From Eledone cirrhosa (taxonomy: Eukaryota): 64,000 nucleotides of DNA. The position numbers were made by a program, and so were the translations under genes. The notes below the pieces were generated by a model. The model saw nothing but the letters and a program-made list of their open reading frames with translations, was not told where the DNA came from and ran no database searches. The stretch covers positions 230,330,001-230,394,000 of the forward strand of contig OZ024740.1 in assembly GCA_964016885.1 (NCBI GenBank), in the 5' to 3' direction. Position 1 is the stretch's first letter. The number at the start of each line of letters is the position of its first letter. This document shows positions 1 through 15,109 of this stretch, one piece after another.

Positions 1-59
1 CAATTAACAATAAATAGATGAAACAGAACTCCTCAATAGAGGGGAGTGTCACACAATGG

Positions 60-1595
60 GGACTTAGGAACCCCACAGATCTGAACCCCATCCCCCCACC
101 TAATCTCCAAGAGCACTCTAGGAAGGTTCCCCCTCTGCTCTCTGAGATCTCCAGTCTACAGCTTAGAGTCGGCCGATTCACTCGGACCATCCTCGCTACA
201 TTCACCCACCTTTTAACAAATTTATTCGGGGACAGAACTTCTCTCTCCACCTTCACCTTCCTTTCCAAGTGGAACTTGAAAAAGTTGATGAGGGTCTGGC
301 AAAAGAGGAATGTGTCAGCCTTCGCGTCCACTACACAATCTCTTTCACTACAGCCACCAGACAGTGGAAAACTTCTTGCACTTCTCGGCCAAAAGAAATC
401 TGTGGGGCGATCTTCCCGATAGAGACCGACCGACAGCCGGATTAGACCTATACGTGACAATAGTTGTTAGACAAAACTTCACAAGTCAGTAATGCACGGA
501 CACTGAATGAATGCATGCAAAACGATTTCATCGCTCTGCGCGCATCTCAGAGAGCTCTGTCTAACTGTACTTCCGTACCTGTAGAGTTTATCTCGAACCA
601 ACAGTGCTCTCCGGTAGCACTGCCAGGTATGGGATTTCTGCAAATTGTTCATAGTTCCCGAACAGAAAGTTCTCCGGAACAGACTGGCTAGTTCGTTCTC
701 ATCAATACCTAGAGTCTCTCCAAAGGTGTTGTTGCTCTTGTCCATATCTAGACTTCTATAGAACGCTAGAGTGGAATTTCCTCTGACCGCCTTGCCCAGT
801 TGTTAGAAGGCTGTGAGTGCCTGACAACATTTCAGATGCTAGGGGCCCAGTCTCGGTCATCACATGACCCAAGACTGCAACTCAGTCAAAGAGACAAGCT
901 GTGAGAAGTTCTTAACAAAGGGCAACTACGCCTATTTACCACCGTCTGGGATTGTTTGCAAATGCCGCAGCCTCAAGAAATGTCTATGCATCAACAGCCA
1001 CGGCATTCAAATCCCTTTGTGCAAAGAGTGTTGCCAGCAGACGGACCACCTGACCTGTGGAACGTGTTCTTTTCACATGAAAAATGAAAGAGCAGACGCT
1101 CCAGTCTACTTAGACGAGAACTGAGGCAAGGCACGACGTTTCGACGGAAATATATATCGGAGGTGGTATAATGGTTCGCTACTTCTGCCCAACCTTTCAG
1201 AGACAGCTTCCTCTGAGCTCATTTGTGGGTGAGTGTAGCCACTCTACACGTGAACAACACGTAGCCATCCTACATAGTTCCTATCTACCCGGAGGTCTGG
1301 ACCAAACCAGATCTCAAACAACTAAAGCAGTATGACACGGATAATAATAGTTCGCGTATCAGCACATACAGAAGAGAGGAAAGAGAGATCATTCTTGGTG
1401 AACCAAGTGCATGATCAGAAACGGTTGCAATAGATTGTCATTTACTCTGACCACCGAGCAAATGTCTTAATACATTGAAGCGATCCAGTTCCTGGAGACG
1501 GGACCGAGCACCATTGTCTTGAGGACATCCACAAAGTATCGATGATTGACCCAATCAATTGAAAGCTTTCGATTGATCCAAATTGATCAAACCTC
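60..1595 (-). mobile_element. Decayed, 5'-truncated L1/Tx1-clade non-LTR retrotransposon (ORF2 RT remnant + zf-RVT + C-terminus)
   Basis: Manual minus-strand translation gives LINLDQSKAF/DWVNHRYF (~1590-1530), a QGCPLSPLLYVL-like segment (~1400-1350), WFGPDL...RKLSLKGWAEVAN (~1315-1170) and a zf-RVT-like WQCYRRALLVRDKL...RCAQSDEIVLHAFIQCP (ORF 479-745). The C-terminus reads LINFFKFHLERKVKVEREVLS...RWVNVARM. Stops and frameshifts are present and the YADD region appears deleted. Confidence 0.85.
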
Positions 1596-2059
1596 ACTGA
1601 AGCTATATTTACTCTCTACCCTTACCCACTTTATCGCATGAAGTGAAATTTGTCGTGGATAGACTTGGAAAATAATAATGATTTCATTTATTTTGAGCTA
1701 GGGCGACGGATAGAGAAGGTATTACAGAGATAGAATACAAAGAGTGTGGGGACTTACTTATAAATCAGATGAAGAAATATGACAAAGAAAAATGTGTGAC
1801 AAAGCATACACAGTACAAAATGTGTGACACAGTTCCTAAAGATAAGGTGCGATACCAAGGACTAATCAAGGACCTCCACAATTCCAGAATTTTTATCTCA
1901 TTTCCGAGTGAGTAAACATCACCGATGATAGATAAAAATCATGAAACATTTGCCTGGCGTTCTCACACGGCTACCGAGATAGTTGTGACATGATCACAAC
2001 TTAAAACATTTATAGCGAGACTTATGTATGTTTATCATACATAAATTTATCGTCCATGC

Positions 2060-2222
2060 CAAGCATGTCAAACTGGGGGTCCCCCGAGGGCCACATGAGT
2101 CACATATGTGTTGTCTGAGGGCCACACATGACAACTAATTGTGCACATTACAACTAATATTTGTAAAACCTTTGTGCGTGCCGCAGGTGTGCTTTTAAAG
2201 GGCCGCATGTTTGATATGCCTG
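2060..2222. mobile_element. hAT-type MITE
   Basis: TIRs CA(A/G)GCATGTCAAAC ... GTTTGATATGCCTG with an 8-bp TSD gtccatgc/gtctatgc. A second family member lies at 27254-27463. Confidence 0.85.
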
Positions 2223-2384
2223 GTCTATGCCGTCATATATATTTCTATTATGAATCAGGCTATGTTAGTGCTACTGTTAATTATACCTATAACCTATACA
2301 TAAAACCTGCATTTACCAATGTGAGGACATCATTTCACATTTGGCCTGGGTCTACTACCAACTTTGGGATTTACGTTTTACATT

Positions 2385-2603
2385 TGGCCTAAGCCTATAA
2401 CATGGTTTGTGTGTGTGGCGGGCCAACACTTTACATCTGGCCAGGGTACATCACATGGTTTGTGTGTAGAGGGGCAACACTTTACGTCTGGTCTGGGACT
2501 ATAACATGCTTTGTGTGTAGAAGGGCAACATTTTACATCTGGTCTGATACTATTACGTGCTTTGTGTGTGTAGAGGGACAACATTTAACGTCTGGTCTGG
2601 ACT
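2385..2603. repeat. ~51-bp minisatellite, ~4 diverged units
   Basis: Recurring GGCAACAC/TTTTACATCTGG...ACATG(G/C)TTTGTGTGTAG. The 17-aa periodicity in ORF 2378-2584 (RPDVKCCPSTHK) reflects it. Confidence 0.75.
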
Positions 2604-3658
<1,055 letters not shown>

Positions 3659-3660
<2 letters not shown>

Positions 3661-4390
3661 GAGGTTATATTTAATTTGTTGGGATACAACAAGCAAAATA
3701 TTTTTATAACTGATATAAAGCACTCAACAAATTAATTAATACAATATATTAACAAATTAATACAATATATTAACAAATGGAAACTATATTTATAAAACCA
3801 TATTTATTTCATTATACATATTTCAAGGGTCACCAAGGCAGATTATGGTGCGCTTTCATCAGATAAAATATAATATAGATTAGTTTTATAAATAAATATT
3901 GACATACCCTGAAAAATGCAACCCATCAGAGGAATTTTCAAAAAATTTTGTTTAAATCTTTCAGTACGTTTATCAAGAAAAATTTCAAAGAAAAAAATGT
4001 TTCTTTAAGAGAGTTATAATATTTTTATAAGCAGTCACATGAAGGAATCTAATGATTTATCGATAGGTGTAATAAAGATGAGTTATGTATTACATTTCAT
4101 ATATATATTTAAACGTTGAATTCAATCGATGTTTACAAGAACTGAAAAGATTATTCCTTAAATTAACAGAATTTTTACTTTTTAATATAAAGAATATTTC
4201 TTCTATACAAAGAGCACAATTTTCAGATGAGGCATTGATAATATTCCAAAGTAAAGAATAGTTAGTAAATTAGATAGAGAAGTTGAAGATTTTTTATTTA
4301 TATTCGTAAAAGAGCATTTATGGTTATTAAAACGGGACTTAAAATCTGTGGAGGTAGAACCTACATAATTAAATGAATTTAAATTAGTTT
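3659..4390 (-). mobile_element. 5'-truncated Penelope-like element (GIY-YIG C-terminal remnant + pLTR with hammerhead)
   Basis: Minus-strand NYVGSTSTDFKSRFNNHKCSF (~4370-4310), CALCIEE and VNLRNNLFSSCKHRL match the YIG...F.xR...H..SF, CxLC and N.R...CxHR motifs of the PLE ORF at 30299. A hammerhead follows downstream, and both ends abut (TA)n. Confidence 0.8.
3805..3870 (-). ncRNA. Type I hammerhead ribozyme motif
   Basis: RC reads TATTTTAT-CTGATGA-AAGCGCACCA..TGGTGACCCTT-GAAA-TATGTA-TA-ATGAAATA: 8-bp helix I, intact core, long helix II, near-palindromic helix III, AUA cleavage triplet. Confidence 0.8.
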
Positions 4391-4402
4391 TATATATATA
4401 TA

Positions 4403-5098
4403 CTAGCTAAAGTACCCGTCTTTTGGACGGTTCAAGTAGCTTTCGGTGTAGCTCATTAAACTAAACAAAGTAAATTTGAATACATAGAAGAAAAACGTAC
4501 TTTATGTAAACATGAAAACCTTAGGCACTATTCCAGCGAAATAATTAATATGTGAGCTCAGTGTCATCCGTTATCCCATGTAACAACAGAAATCCAGTCT
4601 AGGTATAAATTTTTTTGACAACAGTAAAACCTTTTGTTTCAAGTACAAAGGGTAAAGTAAAATCCGAATGAGCCGAATTGTAATAATCAAAAAAGCCCTA
4701 AAAAGCTGAAAAAAAAAATGAAGTTTTTCACTTGGTGCGGGCCCTAGGCCATAAAAAAGTTGGATTTTCTTTGCTCACGGTATGAAGAAGAGACTGACTA
4801 ATACATAGTTACAATTTCAAGGAAATAGGTCTGACGTAACGCCTCAAAAAAACCATAAAAAGCTGGAAAAATGCAGTTTTTCACCTAATGCGGGGATCAA
4901 AACCTAGAGGATCAAAAAGTTGAATTTTTATGTGCATAACACTCCGGGAAATATAACGCGGACCGCCAACAGACCTGAAACATAAGTAATACACATGTAA
5001 AGTTTGAAAAAAAATGGTTGGGTACTTCTCGAGTTTTAGGGATTCAAACTCACACACACACTCACACACACACACATCCTCATTTTTATATATATAGA
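4403..5098 (-). mobile_element. Non-autonomous Helitron
   Basis: The minus strand begins A|TCTATATATATAAAAATGAGG and ends with the hairpin CCGTC-CAAAA-GACGG followed by GTACTTTAG-CTAG|T: canonical TC...hairpin...CTAG between A and T, no TSD. Confidence 0.8.
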
Positions 5099-5274
5099 TT
5101 ATGATATATATATATATACATATATGCATACATACATACATACATACATACATTCATACATATATATATATATGTATTTTATTTGAATTTCGCATTTCTT
5201 TAAAAATACAGTATGTTTATAAATAAACATTTAGAAATCCGTAGCTATGAATAACACACTCTCAGCTAACGCCA

Positions 5275-5682
5275 CCAGGCGGTGTCCGGCAGAAGCAAGG
5301 GGGACAATTGTCTATACATTTCGAACAGAACTGGATTTTATAAGGACGATCTCTCCCCGTATTGCAACTGCTGGACTTTGAAAACGGGCGAAAATATATA
5401 GTTTTTCGTCTGTGTAAATGAGGTGATTAATCTCATTTGCATATGAAGCTGAATAAGTAGGCTCAATTTATAATAAAATAGAATTATGATTTAGCTTCGA
5501 ACATAGCTGTATACAAATATGTATTTGAATCTCGTATTTCAAAAGAAATACGGCATGCTTATAAATAAATATTTAGAAAGCAGTCGCTATGAATAAACAC
5601 GTTGGCAGCTAACACACAAGAACCAATCGAGTTCGAAATGCATCGACGATTGTCTCCCTTACTTCTGTCGGGCACCGCCTGG
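5275..5682. mobile_element. MITE with ~38-bp imperfect TIRs
   Basis: CCAGGCGGTGTCCGGCAGAAGCAAGGGGGACAATTGTC is the imperfect reverse complement of GACGATTGTCTCCCTTACTTCTGTCGGGCACCGCCTGG. Internal 5522-5612 resembles the flanking 5182-5270. Confidence 0.7.
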
Positions 5683-5755
<73 letters not shown>

Positions 5756-6900
5756 CAGCAGAAGTACCCGGCGTCGCCCGGATTAAAGAAAATAATGAAA
5801 TTTCATTCAAAACTGTTTCTATGGTATAGTTGAAACTTATGTGACATCTTTTAAATGCAATATGATTCCATACTTAGTTTCTTTATTCGTTTCATATCTT
5901 GTCTGTGCTTGATGAAATACAGTTGTAAATATTTTAGTTCTTCTTCTAAGAGTGGCTGAAGTGGTCCAATTCTGTGATACACTTGCCTTTGGATCTTGAA
6001 AGTGGGTATAAAGCTACTTTCATAGATGACATTTGCACTTCTGGTTATTTTGAAAAAGTGTCTTGATTCAGTAGATGTACCAATCAGTAGTCCCCTCATG
6101 GGTTCTCCTGGTTCAGATAATAGTCTAAACTTAATTTTTCCATTTAAACACCACAATCCAGTTGACTCACCATTCCATTTTTTAGCACCACAATTTGGAC
6201 AAATTTTGTTCATTGAGGAAATTCGAATTAAATGTTTTCAGGCATAGTCTTGATGTGGATTGTAACTAAAAACAGCAAAGTTCCACTCAGCAACTTTTTA
6301 AAATCGTAAATCTTCTGTACTTGCTCTCTATACACATATCCTTTGAGTTGTTTGACCTTCAGGATCTTCATGCCGCCTTTGGGCTGTTCTATTTCTCTCC
6401 ATTTGCTGTCTTAATGACTTTCGCACATCTGATTCCTCTTGACGAATAGTTGTTTTCATTGCCCTATCTTCAGCAAGCCTTTTTGATCTTTGTTCCTCTG
6501 ATTCATTCTATCTATTCTGTACACTCCTTATTCTTTGTTGTTGAAATCCTGATGATATTTGTGCATCTGATTCATCTTGTCTCTTCTGTTTTGTACTATA
6601 GTATCGTACAAGTAATTCCTCTTGACGAAGGTCGCATTCCTTGTCCTATCGTCAGCAAGCCTTTTTCGATCTCTGTTCTGATTCATTTGGCCTATATTTC
6701 GCTGTTGCTTTGTTTTTGAAGTCTTTTTTTTCGCTGCTCTTCACTTTCATTCTCCCTTTGTAGCTGCTTTATCATGGCTTTATGAGATTTTTTTACAAAT
6801 GAAGGTCTATTCTTTGGGGGCATGTTTTGCTTGCAGCTTCAAATGACACCATTATTTATCTTTAAAAGTTTTAATTTTTCTGTTAATGATGGCTCTACGT
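5756..6900 (-). mobile_element. Internally deleted Helitron carrying a disrupted RepHel N-terminus
   Basis: ATG at 6823 gives MPPKNRPSFVKKSHK plus a charged repeat region. ORF 5851-6213 reads CPNCGAKKWNGESTGLWCLNGK...PTFKIQRQVYHRIGPL...LQLYF, the Helitron N-terminal Zn-finger/FKIQGQVYH motif. It joins a 3' hairpin CCGGGCGACGCCGGGTACTTCTGC with a degenerate CTAG. Confidence 0.8.
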
Positions 6901-8108
6901 CGAGTCAAATTTCGTTGAATGAGGACTCACTGCATTAACTTTCAGTGATTTTTCAGAAACAACAACCAAAAACTAATGAAAATGGATATGTTTCGCGTGT
7001 GTTATTTCTAGTAGTGTTTCCATAAATCAAATAAAAGCCCAAAATTTAATGAGAGGCTGACTCACACACACACACATATACACACGAGCTATATAAGAAA
7101 ATATGGCATATATACACACACACGGGAAAGTTATGAAGAAGATAGTGATAAAAAAATTCTCAGGAGAGCTGGGCAGCAGGTCTTCAGAGAATAAACCCCT
7201 CACGCAAGTGTTTTGGCCCTTAACGTCTTACATTCTACGAGGGTCGGGCTGCACCCAGGTCAGTAAAGCCGCATAGAGATTTTGTTGACAGGATCTAACT
7301 GGAACACTGCTTTGTTGCCTCTGCTTTCAAATTTATATTTAGACGCTTTCTTGAGTTTGGAAAAATACCGGTGAGACGTCAACAGTGTCACCTCCTACAG
7401 ACAACTACAAACAGGACTTACTTAGAGTTTCTTCCCTTAACGTTCGTTAAAATACAAACACAAAGCCTTCAAACCGTATGAAGGTCTTTTTGTTCACGGG
7501 CTAAATATTAAGTAGGTATGACATATATACACACATGGAACATATATAAAGTATGTATGACAAAATGTGCTGCAACCAGTAGATGAGAGAGCAAATTTTG
7601 ATATTAAAGCTGGCGTTTGATGTTGCTTTATGTTGATTGAACACGTGTCGCTCACTTGTTTGAGTTATACCTCCTTTCATGCAGGAGAGAGAGGGGTGAC
7701 GTTCAATACTGAAGCAAGTGTGTGTTTGTTGTTTTAGTGTCGGCTACTGTGTTGAACGCGCGTTGCTAACTTTCTTCGTTTTCTTTATCTCTGCTTCTTT
7801 CTCTCTTCGTTCATGCATTGTTAACCTACTTGCCTAATTCCATCTTTGGCTTTCAGAGCTCTATATAATTTCACGTGTGCATTGCTTTCTCTCAAATTCT
7901 CACTTTTTCATTCTTTTCCGACATATGCCATCGTAGTGAAGACGATAAATCACGACGAACACATATTAACAAAGAGACAAACCAACATTTAAACAAATGA
8001 ATATAGGTCCAAGTCTAATGAACTCCCATGCCAATGTTGAACTTGATAGGTTCACTTGTTTTTAAGTGCATTAGAGACAAACAGAAAAACGAGCTATTAC
8101 ATATATAC

Positions 8109-8152
<44 letters not shown>

Positions 8153-8153
8153 G

Positions 8154-8190
<37 letters not shown>

Positions 8191-8441
8191 ATACATAAGT
8201 ATATATATATATTTCTCTATTTATCTCTCTCTCTCTCTCTCTCTCTTTATCTCTTTATATAAAGGTTGAGTAAAACTTTAGGCAGTATTCGGCTGCGCTT
8301 TCTAAGCAACCAGCCTACTCGCCGACAGGCACCAATCACAAACTTTCTGCCTTGACCACTGGCCACGTGATGGTTCTTAGCCATTTTGAATTCATTTCTG
8401 GCGGGGATCATGGTAGAAGAATCTTAGTCCAGTCTGGGGTA

Positions 8442-8525
8442 TCTCCTGATGAGTTCCGAGTCTCGTGGATTTATCCAAGACCGGGTATATCCAAAAAGTG
8501 AAACGAAACCACCAGTTGGTAGGGA
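8442..8525 (+). ncRNA. Type I hammerhead ribozyme motif with extended helix II
   Basis: TCTC-CTGATGA-GTT[CCG.GTCT..TGGAT-TT-ATCCA-AGAC-CGG...]AAC-GAAA-CCA-CCAGT-TGG-TA-GGGA. Core intact, GUA triplet, 4-bp helix I with a G:U pair. Confidence 0.65.
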
Positions 8526-8808
8526 CTATGAGAATTCTGGTAACATTTATGTGCATTTTTTTCTTCTAACTTCGATTTTGTACCTAATTCCGTGTAGTTA
8601 ACTATTTGTCTAGTCAATTTCTACAGGCTAGAGGAAATATTAGGTAAGTGTACATCGCAGAAAAGAATCTGTATCATTTGTCTATTATTTCTTCATAAGT
8701 ACACTTTAAACTTATAGCCTCGTTTAAATAATTTTTTGTGTGGTTAATTTATACTGATTGGGAGAGGAAATACTGTATATATTTTATCTAATGTTTCTTT
8801 GGACTTAC

Positions 8809-10174
<1,366 letters not shown>

Positions 10175-10811
10175 TATATATATTTCTTAAATCGTTTTTC
10201 CATTTATTGTTTTCGGTACGTCCTTTAGCTGAGTTGTGAAAACATGCCTCTGGTCCAGAGCACCCAGATGTCTGTTAGACATTGTCACCTAGTTTTAAGA
10301 CACAGTCCGCTTTTGAATTATAGATACACTTTCTAACAATGATGTGGTCTAACCTGACCTCTTCCTATCCTCATTGCAGCGGGTCGAAGACCATGTTTAT
10401 GATGGCAAACAGTGACGTCATTGGGTTCAGAATCCTCGTCCGGCCATAACACAGAAGCTGCCTATCAAGCCACAGCTCATCCGTCTTCATCACAAGGATG
10501 AAGTTGTTGGCTATTTAAAAGGTTATGACCTCAATGACAAAGGAGTCCCATCTGCCCTAGTTTTAAAATCGGAATGGTTTCTCCTTGTCAGACTACCTAG
10601 GAAGGCTAATGAGTTCAATCTACCCGTATTGGATGGCTGCTAACTCTTCTGGAGTTCTCCACCATTTGACAAATCTCACCCTCCTTACCAAGCAATCTTA
10701 GTGTGGTTGTCGGTTTAGTCATCGACGACATATCCATGAGTCAACAGTTCCGTTTAACCAGGACTTATGAAGGTCTAAAAAAATCAACATCAACAAATAC
10801 TTAAGCGATTA

Positions 10812-11036
10812 ATATAAAGAACGTTGTGCTCATACGCCGGTATGCTATGGAATAGCTTATAAAATAGGATGAAGACCCTTAAAAGACGGGAACATAAGCT
10901 GCACTCGGCCACTAAGAGGAAGTGAACCCCATATAGTGACCGATGGCAACTTCTTTTTCCATCTTTTAAGAGTCTTAACCCTATTTTATGAGCTATTTTA
11001 TAGCATTTCGGCGCATGCGCACATCATTCTTTATAT
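10812..11036. mobile_element. Fold-back/MITE-like element with ~100-bp diverged inverted arms
   Basis: 10812-10913 (ATATAAAGAACGTTGTGCTCATACGCCG...CGGCCACTA) is the approximate reverse complement of 10935-11036. Confidence 0.7.
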
Positions 11037-11736
11037 CAACTTTATATTCTCAGCGCTCAAAAGTCAAAGAGATCGGCTACGTATACTCGAGTGATTGTTT
11101 TAAAACAATAACACATGGCTGGTCTTGAGCCAATTGGACCAATTGATCCCAACTGGGTCTCCCGCACAATGAGGTCATGCGTCCAAGTACACGCAGCAAC
11201 ACATTACGATATATACATGTAACAACTGAGTGGGTCCCCCCGCACCTCCTAAGGCCGACCTCTGCATCAAGCACCAATCTCTGGTAGCCATACTTTCATG
11301 ATGATAAGTTATATATAGTTCAAGGCACGAACAGAATTACGTAACCAATAATGTTTGATGTTGTTAACACCGTATATGATATCAGTTTTCATCCTTTGCA
11401 CGTGCAGACAGATTTTGATACAACTTTACGTAAGTGTTTTTAATAATATGGTTTAGTTTCAGTTCTACATACTTCCCCTCCCCACCACCGTAAAATGTTA
11501 TTTTACAGATTATCGCAAATACATAAAAAAAAAAGATTTTTTTACTTTAGTCTTCACTGTACAACATCTTTCAACGGTTTAGTTATGTTTCAAATATACT
11601 TTAAGTTATTACACAGACATAGCTTGTAATTATAACGAATATATACGGTTTTAGATGGGGTAAGATTAAAATGTCTTTTAATCTGGTGTCGTTTGTTATT
11701 TAATGAAATCGGCCAACACCGAATTCTCGTTAATAG

Positions 11737-11918
<182 letters not shown>

Positions 11919-12067
11919 GTGTGTGTGTATGTATGCGTGTGTGATTGTGTATGTATACAGAGAGAGTGAGAGATAGAGAGAAAGCGACAGATGCACATGA
12001 GTATAAACAAGTACTCGAAACAAGAATTTGTGATTACATGTGTATATATATATTGTATGAGAGAGAG

Positions 12068-12099
<32 letters not shown>

Positions 12100-12105
<6 letters not shown>

Positions 12106-12260
12106 AGATCAAAAGATGGTTAAAAGAGTTCCATGTATTTTATTATGCGCATTTCAAAAACAAATAACATCATGAGATGACATTTGCGTTTTCGTCAGAT
12201 AAAATAGGGAGACATGATATGAAGGTTAAAAAACACTTGTGAATAGTGCAGTTTTAAAAC
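12100..12260 (-). mobile_element. PLE pLTR fragment (copy 1; near-identical copy at 33520-33680)
   Basis: ~160 bp shared with 33520-33680. Both start at a (TA)n junction and carry a hammerhead. Confidence 0.75.
12136..12206 (-). ncRNA. Type I hammerhead ribozyme motif
   Basis: RC reads TATTTTAT-CTGACGA-AAACGCAAATGTCATC-TCAT-GATGTTATTTGTTTTT-GAAA-TGCGCA-TA-ATAAAATA: perfect 8-bp helix I and palindromic helix III ATGCGCAT. Confidence 0.85.
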
Positions 12261-12672
12261 TGGAGAGGGCGAGAAAGATAGAGGCGATGATAGTGGGAGT
12301 TCGGCTCTTCCGTGTTCGAGCACATTGGTAAGCAGTTGGAATTTAGAAAATTAATTGTTGCAGGAATTCTACCACTTAAAATAGAATTTTGCCGGAGATA
12401 GATTAGCAAAATTTAATAAGTGGGATGGTTGGAAAAATCTGAAAAGTTAATAAGTGGGCTGGGGGGGGGGGGGAGATTATTCTAGACCCCAGAGTACTCA
12501 CTTTCTGTCCAACTGTTACTGTCTCACTCTCTCTATCTATCTATCTATCTATCTCTCATTCTCCCACTCTCTCTCTCAGTCTCTTTCCCTTTTTTTTTCT
12601 CTTATTTTGAAATATCTATTTATCAGTTTTCCCCCACTCTGTACATATACATATATATATTTATATATATAC

Positions 12673-12705
<33 letters not shown>

Positions 12706-12707
12706 AC

Positions 12708-12770
12708 GAAGTCCAGAATTAGCCGTCGAAACGGCTTGAGCTCAGCCGTCGGGGTCCTACTCGTTCCTAT
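12708..12770 (+). mobile_element. Single arm of the palindromic PLE-derived repeat family (3' half-hammerhead)
   Basis: GTCCAGAATTAGCCGTCGAAACGGCTTGAGCTCAGCCGTCGGGGTCCTAC, as at 16937, 28852 and 35845, embedded in (TA)n. Confidence 0.75.
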
Positions 12771-13478
12771 ATATATATATATTTATATATATATATATAT
12801 ATATGGGAGGTGTCTGGGGGGGATATATGTGTATATATGTATATATGTATTTATGTATATATGTTTGTATGTATGTATATATGTATGTATGCATGTATGT
12901 TTGTATGTATATATGTATATGTGTATATATGTATGTATGCATGTATGTTTGTATGTATGTATGTATATATATGTATATATATATATGTGTATGCATGTAT
13001 GTTTGTATGTATGTATACATGTATATATGTATGTATGCATGTATGTTTGTCTGTATGTATATATGTATGTATAATCTTAATCCCACCTAAAAACCATACA
13101 AATTCATTACAACTACACGATATCTCTGTGTATAATGAATGTACGAGTGTAGATTTCACACAAACCTGAACTGTTGAAAGATGTTATACAGGGAAGAACA
13201 AATAAATGATATATCTTTTGTATGTGTTACATAATCCATTTGATGTCTTGAAGTAACCTCCTACCCACACCACCTCACTTATCTCCATGGACATTTAAAC
13301 CAGATGGACTCCCAGCCTCTGTAGGTCTGAATATAGCCGATTTCTTTCGATGAAACAGAAGGAAGGAGAAAGGAAGTGAGTGGTTGATAATATATACACT
13401 CCACTATTGAACCGAAACTTTATTCATCGACCCCGAAAGGATGAATTTCAAATGAAATCATATCTACATTATTAACTA

Positions 13479-13665
13479 GCGGTGGATTGGCAGTATCGGT
13501 AGAGGGGCCGGACGGCATGCTTTGCAGCATAGAGTTACAGCCCTTTGTGATCTGAGTTCAAATCTCGCCGAGGTTAACTTTGCCCTTCATCCTGACGGGG
13601 TCGATAAAATAAAGTACCAGTAATGCACTGGGATAATTGCTGGCCTTGTGCCAACAGTAGAAACA
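13479..13665 (+). mobile_element. tRNA-derived SINE (Octopus-type, Meta/MESC-like core), full length
   Basis: A-box-like TGGCAGTATCGG, B-box GAGTTCAAATC, core GCCGAGGTTAACTTTGCCCTTCATCC...GGGGTCGATAAA, and an 11-bp TSD ATTATTAACTA. Confidence 0.85.
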
Positions 13666-13924
13666 ATTATTAACTAACGTATTTATATCAAAATACCACC
13701 ATGGACTTACGTATTAGCTCAATTTCGTATGTGATAGTCAGCATGTGTGTATAGAGTGGTAATGTGAGGTGGAGTCGGAGGGAGGCCGGCGTGACACACA
13801 GCGTGTTTTGGTCATTGTAAACTTGGCGGAGCTCATCCCATCTCTATGACTGAACACAACCGAGATGGAGGGATGAAACTGGGGTAAAGGAATTGAGAAA
13901 ATATATAAAGATAAAGAATCGACA

Positions 13925-14625
13925 ACAGTACTGGACAGTTACTGTTTTATCGCCTCCGAAAGAATGATGGACAAAGTTGACCTCGGTGGGATTTGAACTC
14001 AGAGCGCAGAAGGCCTGAATGAATGCCATAAAGCATTCCATCCAAAGTTCTAATGACTCTGACAATTCGCAGCTTTTCAGTGGAAATGGCATAAGACAAG
14101 TAAACCACGAGAACCAGAAACTATTGAAGAAGTGGTAGAAAAGGCAGGGGTGGAGAGACAGCACATCTATGGGAGGAAGCTGGAGAGGTTAAACAACAGC
14201 ATGAAAAGTTTTTTGTATTAATAATTGTTTCTACTTTAGGCACAAGGCCAGCAATTACCCAGTGCATTACTGATACTTTATTTTATCGACCCCGTGAGGA
14301 TGAAAGGCAAAGTCAACCTCGGCGGGATTTGAACTCAGATCGTAAAGGGACGTAACTATGCTGGAAAGCATGGTGTCCGACCCTCTACCGATACTGCCAA
14401 TCCACCGCCCTTTTTTGCATTAATAATGGTTTGTAATTTAGACACAAGGCCAACAATTATGGGAATAGGGGGAACATTGATTATATCGGCTGTAGCACTT
14501 TACGGAAGAATAAAATATAAAGTTTACCTCGATAGGATTTGAACTCAGAGCACAGAGATCCGCAACGAATACCGCAAATCATTCTTTCTGACGTTCTAAT
14601 GACTCTGCAACTTCGCCGCCTTAAC
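13925..14625 (-). mobile_element. Cluster of three SINE copies (young 14220-14410; older ~13925-14075 and ~14420-14625)
   Basis: Repeated core TTTATCGACCCC...GGCAAAGTCAACCTCGGCGGGATTTGAACTCAG. Confidence 0.8.
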
Positions 14626-14735
14626 TATAACTTACAAATACGAAACTATGGTCATCAAAGTTTTGGTGATTGAATGGATTTTTTTAAAAACATCTCTTAA
14701 GTAATTGATGTCGTTGTGGTTTTTAGATACATATT

Positions 14736-14915
14736 TGTTTCTACTTTAGGCACAAGGCCAGCAATTACCCAGTTCATTACTGGTACTTTATTTTATCGAC
14801 CCCGTAAGGATGAAAGGCAAAGTCAACCTCGGCGGGATTTGAACTCAGATCGTAAAGGGACGTAACTATGCTGGAAAGCATGGTGTCCGACCCTCTACCG
14901 ATACTGCCAATCCAC
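14736..14915 (-). mobile_element. SINE copy with 19-bp TSD
   Basis: Flanked by TGGTTTTTAGATACATATT at 14717 and 14916, and nearly identical to 14220-14410. Confidence 0.88.
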
Positions 14916-15109
14916 TGGTTTTTAGATACATATTAGTCCTGACTGGGCAAGCTTATTGTCAAGGACGTTGCGGCTGTGGCCATATGCAATCCTTTATTCA
15001 AACATACAACATCTCGTATTATTCCCATTTTAAGATGGTAGGGTGTGATTAGCCATTTCTAACATTTCAAGGGACCGCACAGAAGCTCCGTGGTTTCTTT
15101 GTTAAAGCA

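Noticed and set aside
864-1124. Cys-rich 86-aa ORF resembling a zinc finger
   Set aside because: It is antisense to the decayed L1/Tx1 ORF2.
11077-11290. 66-aa ORF or RTE 3' end remnant
   Set aside because: Only a vague resemblance (W..L..LAQD), too degenerate to call.
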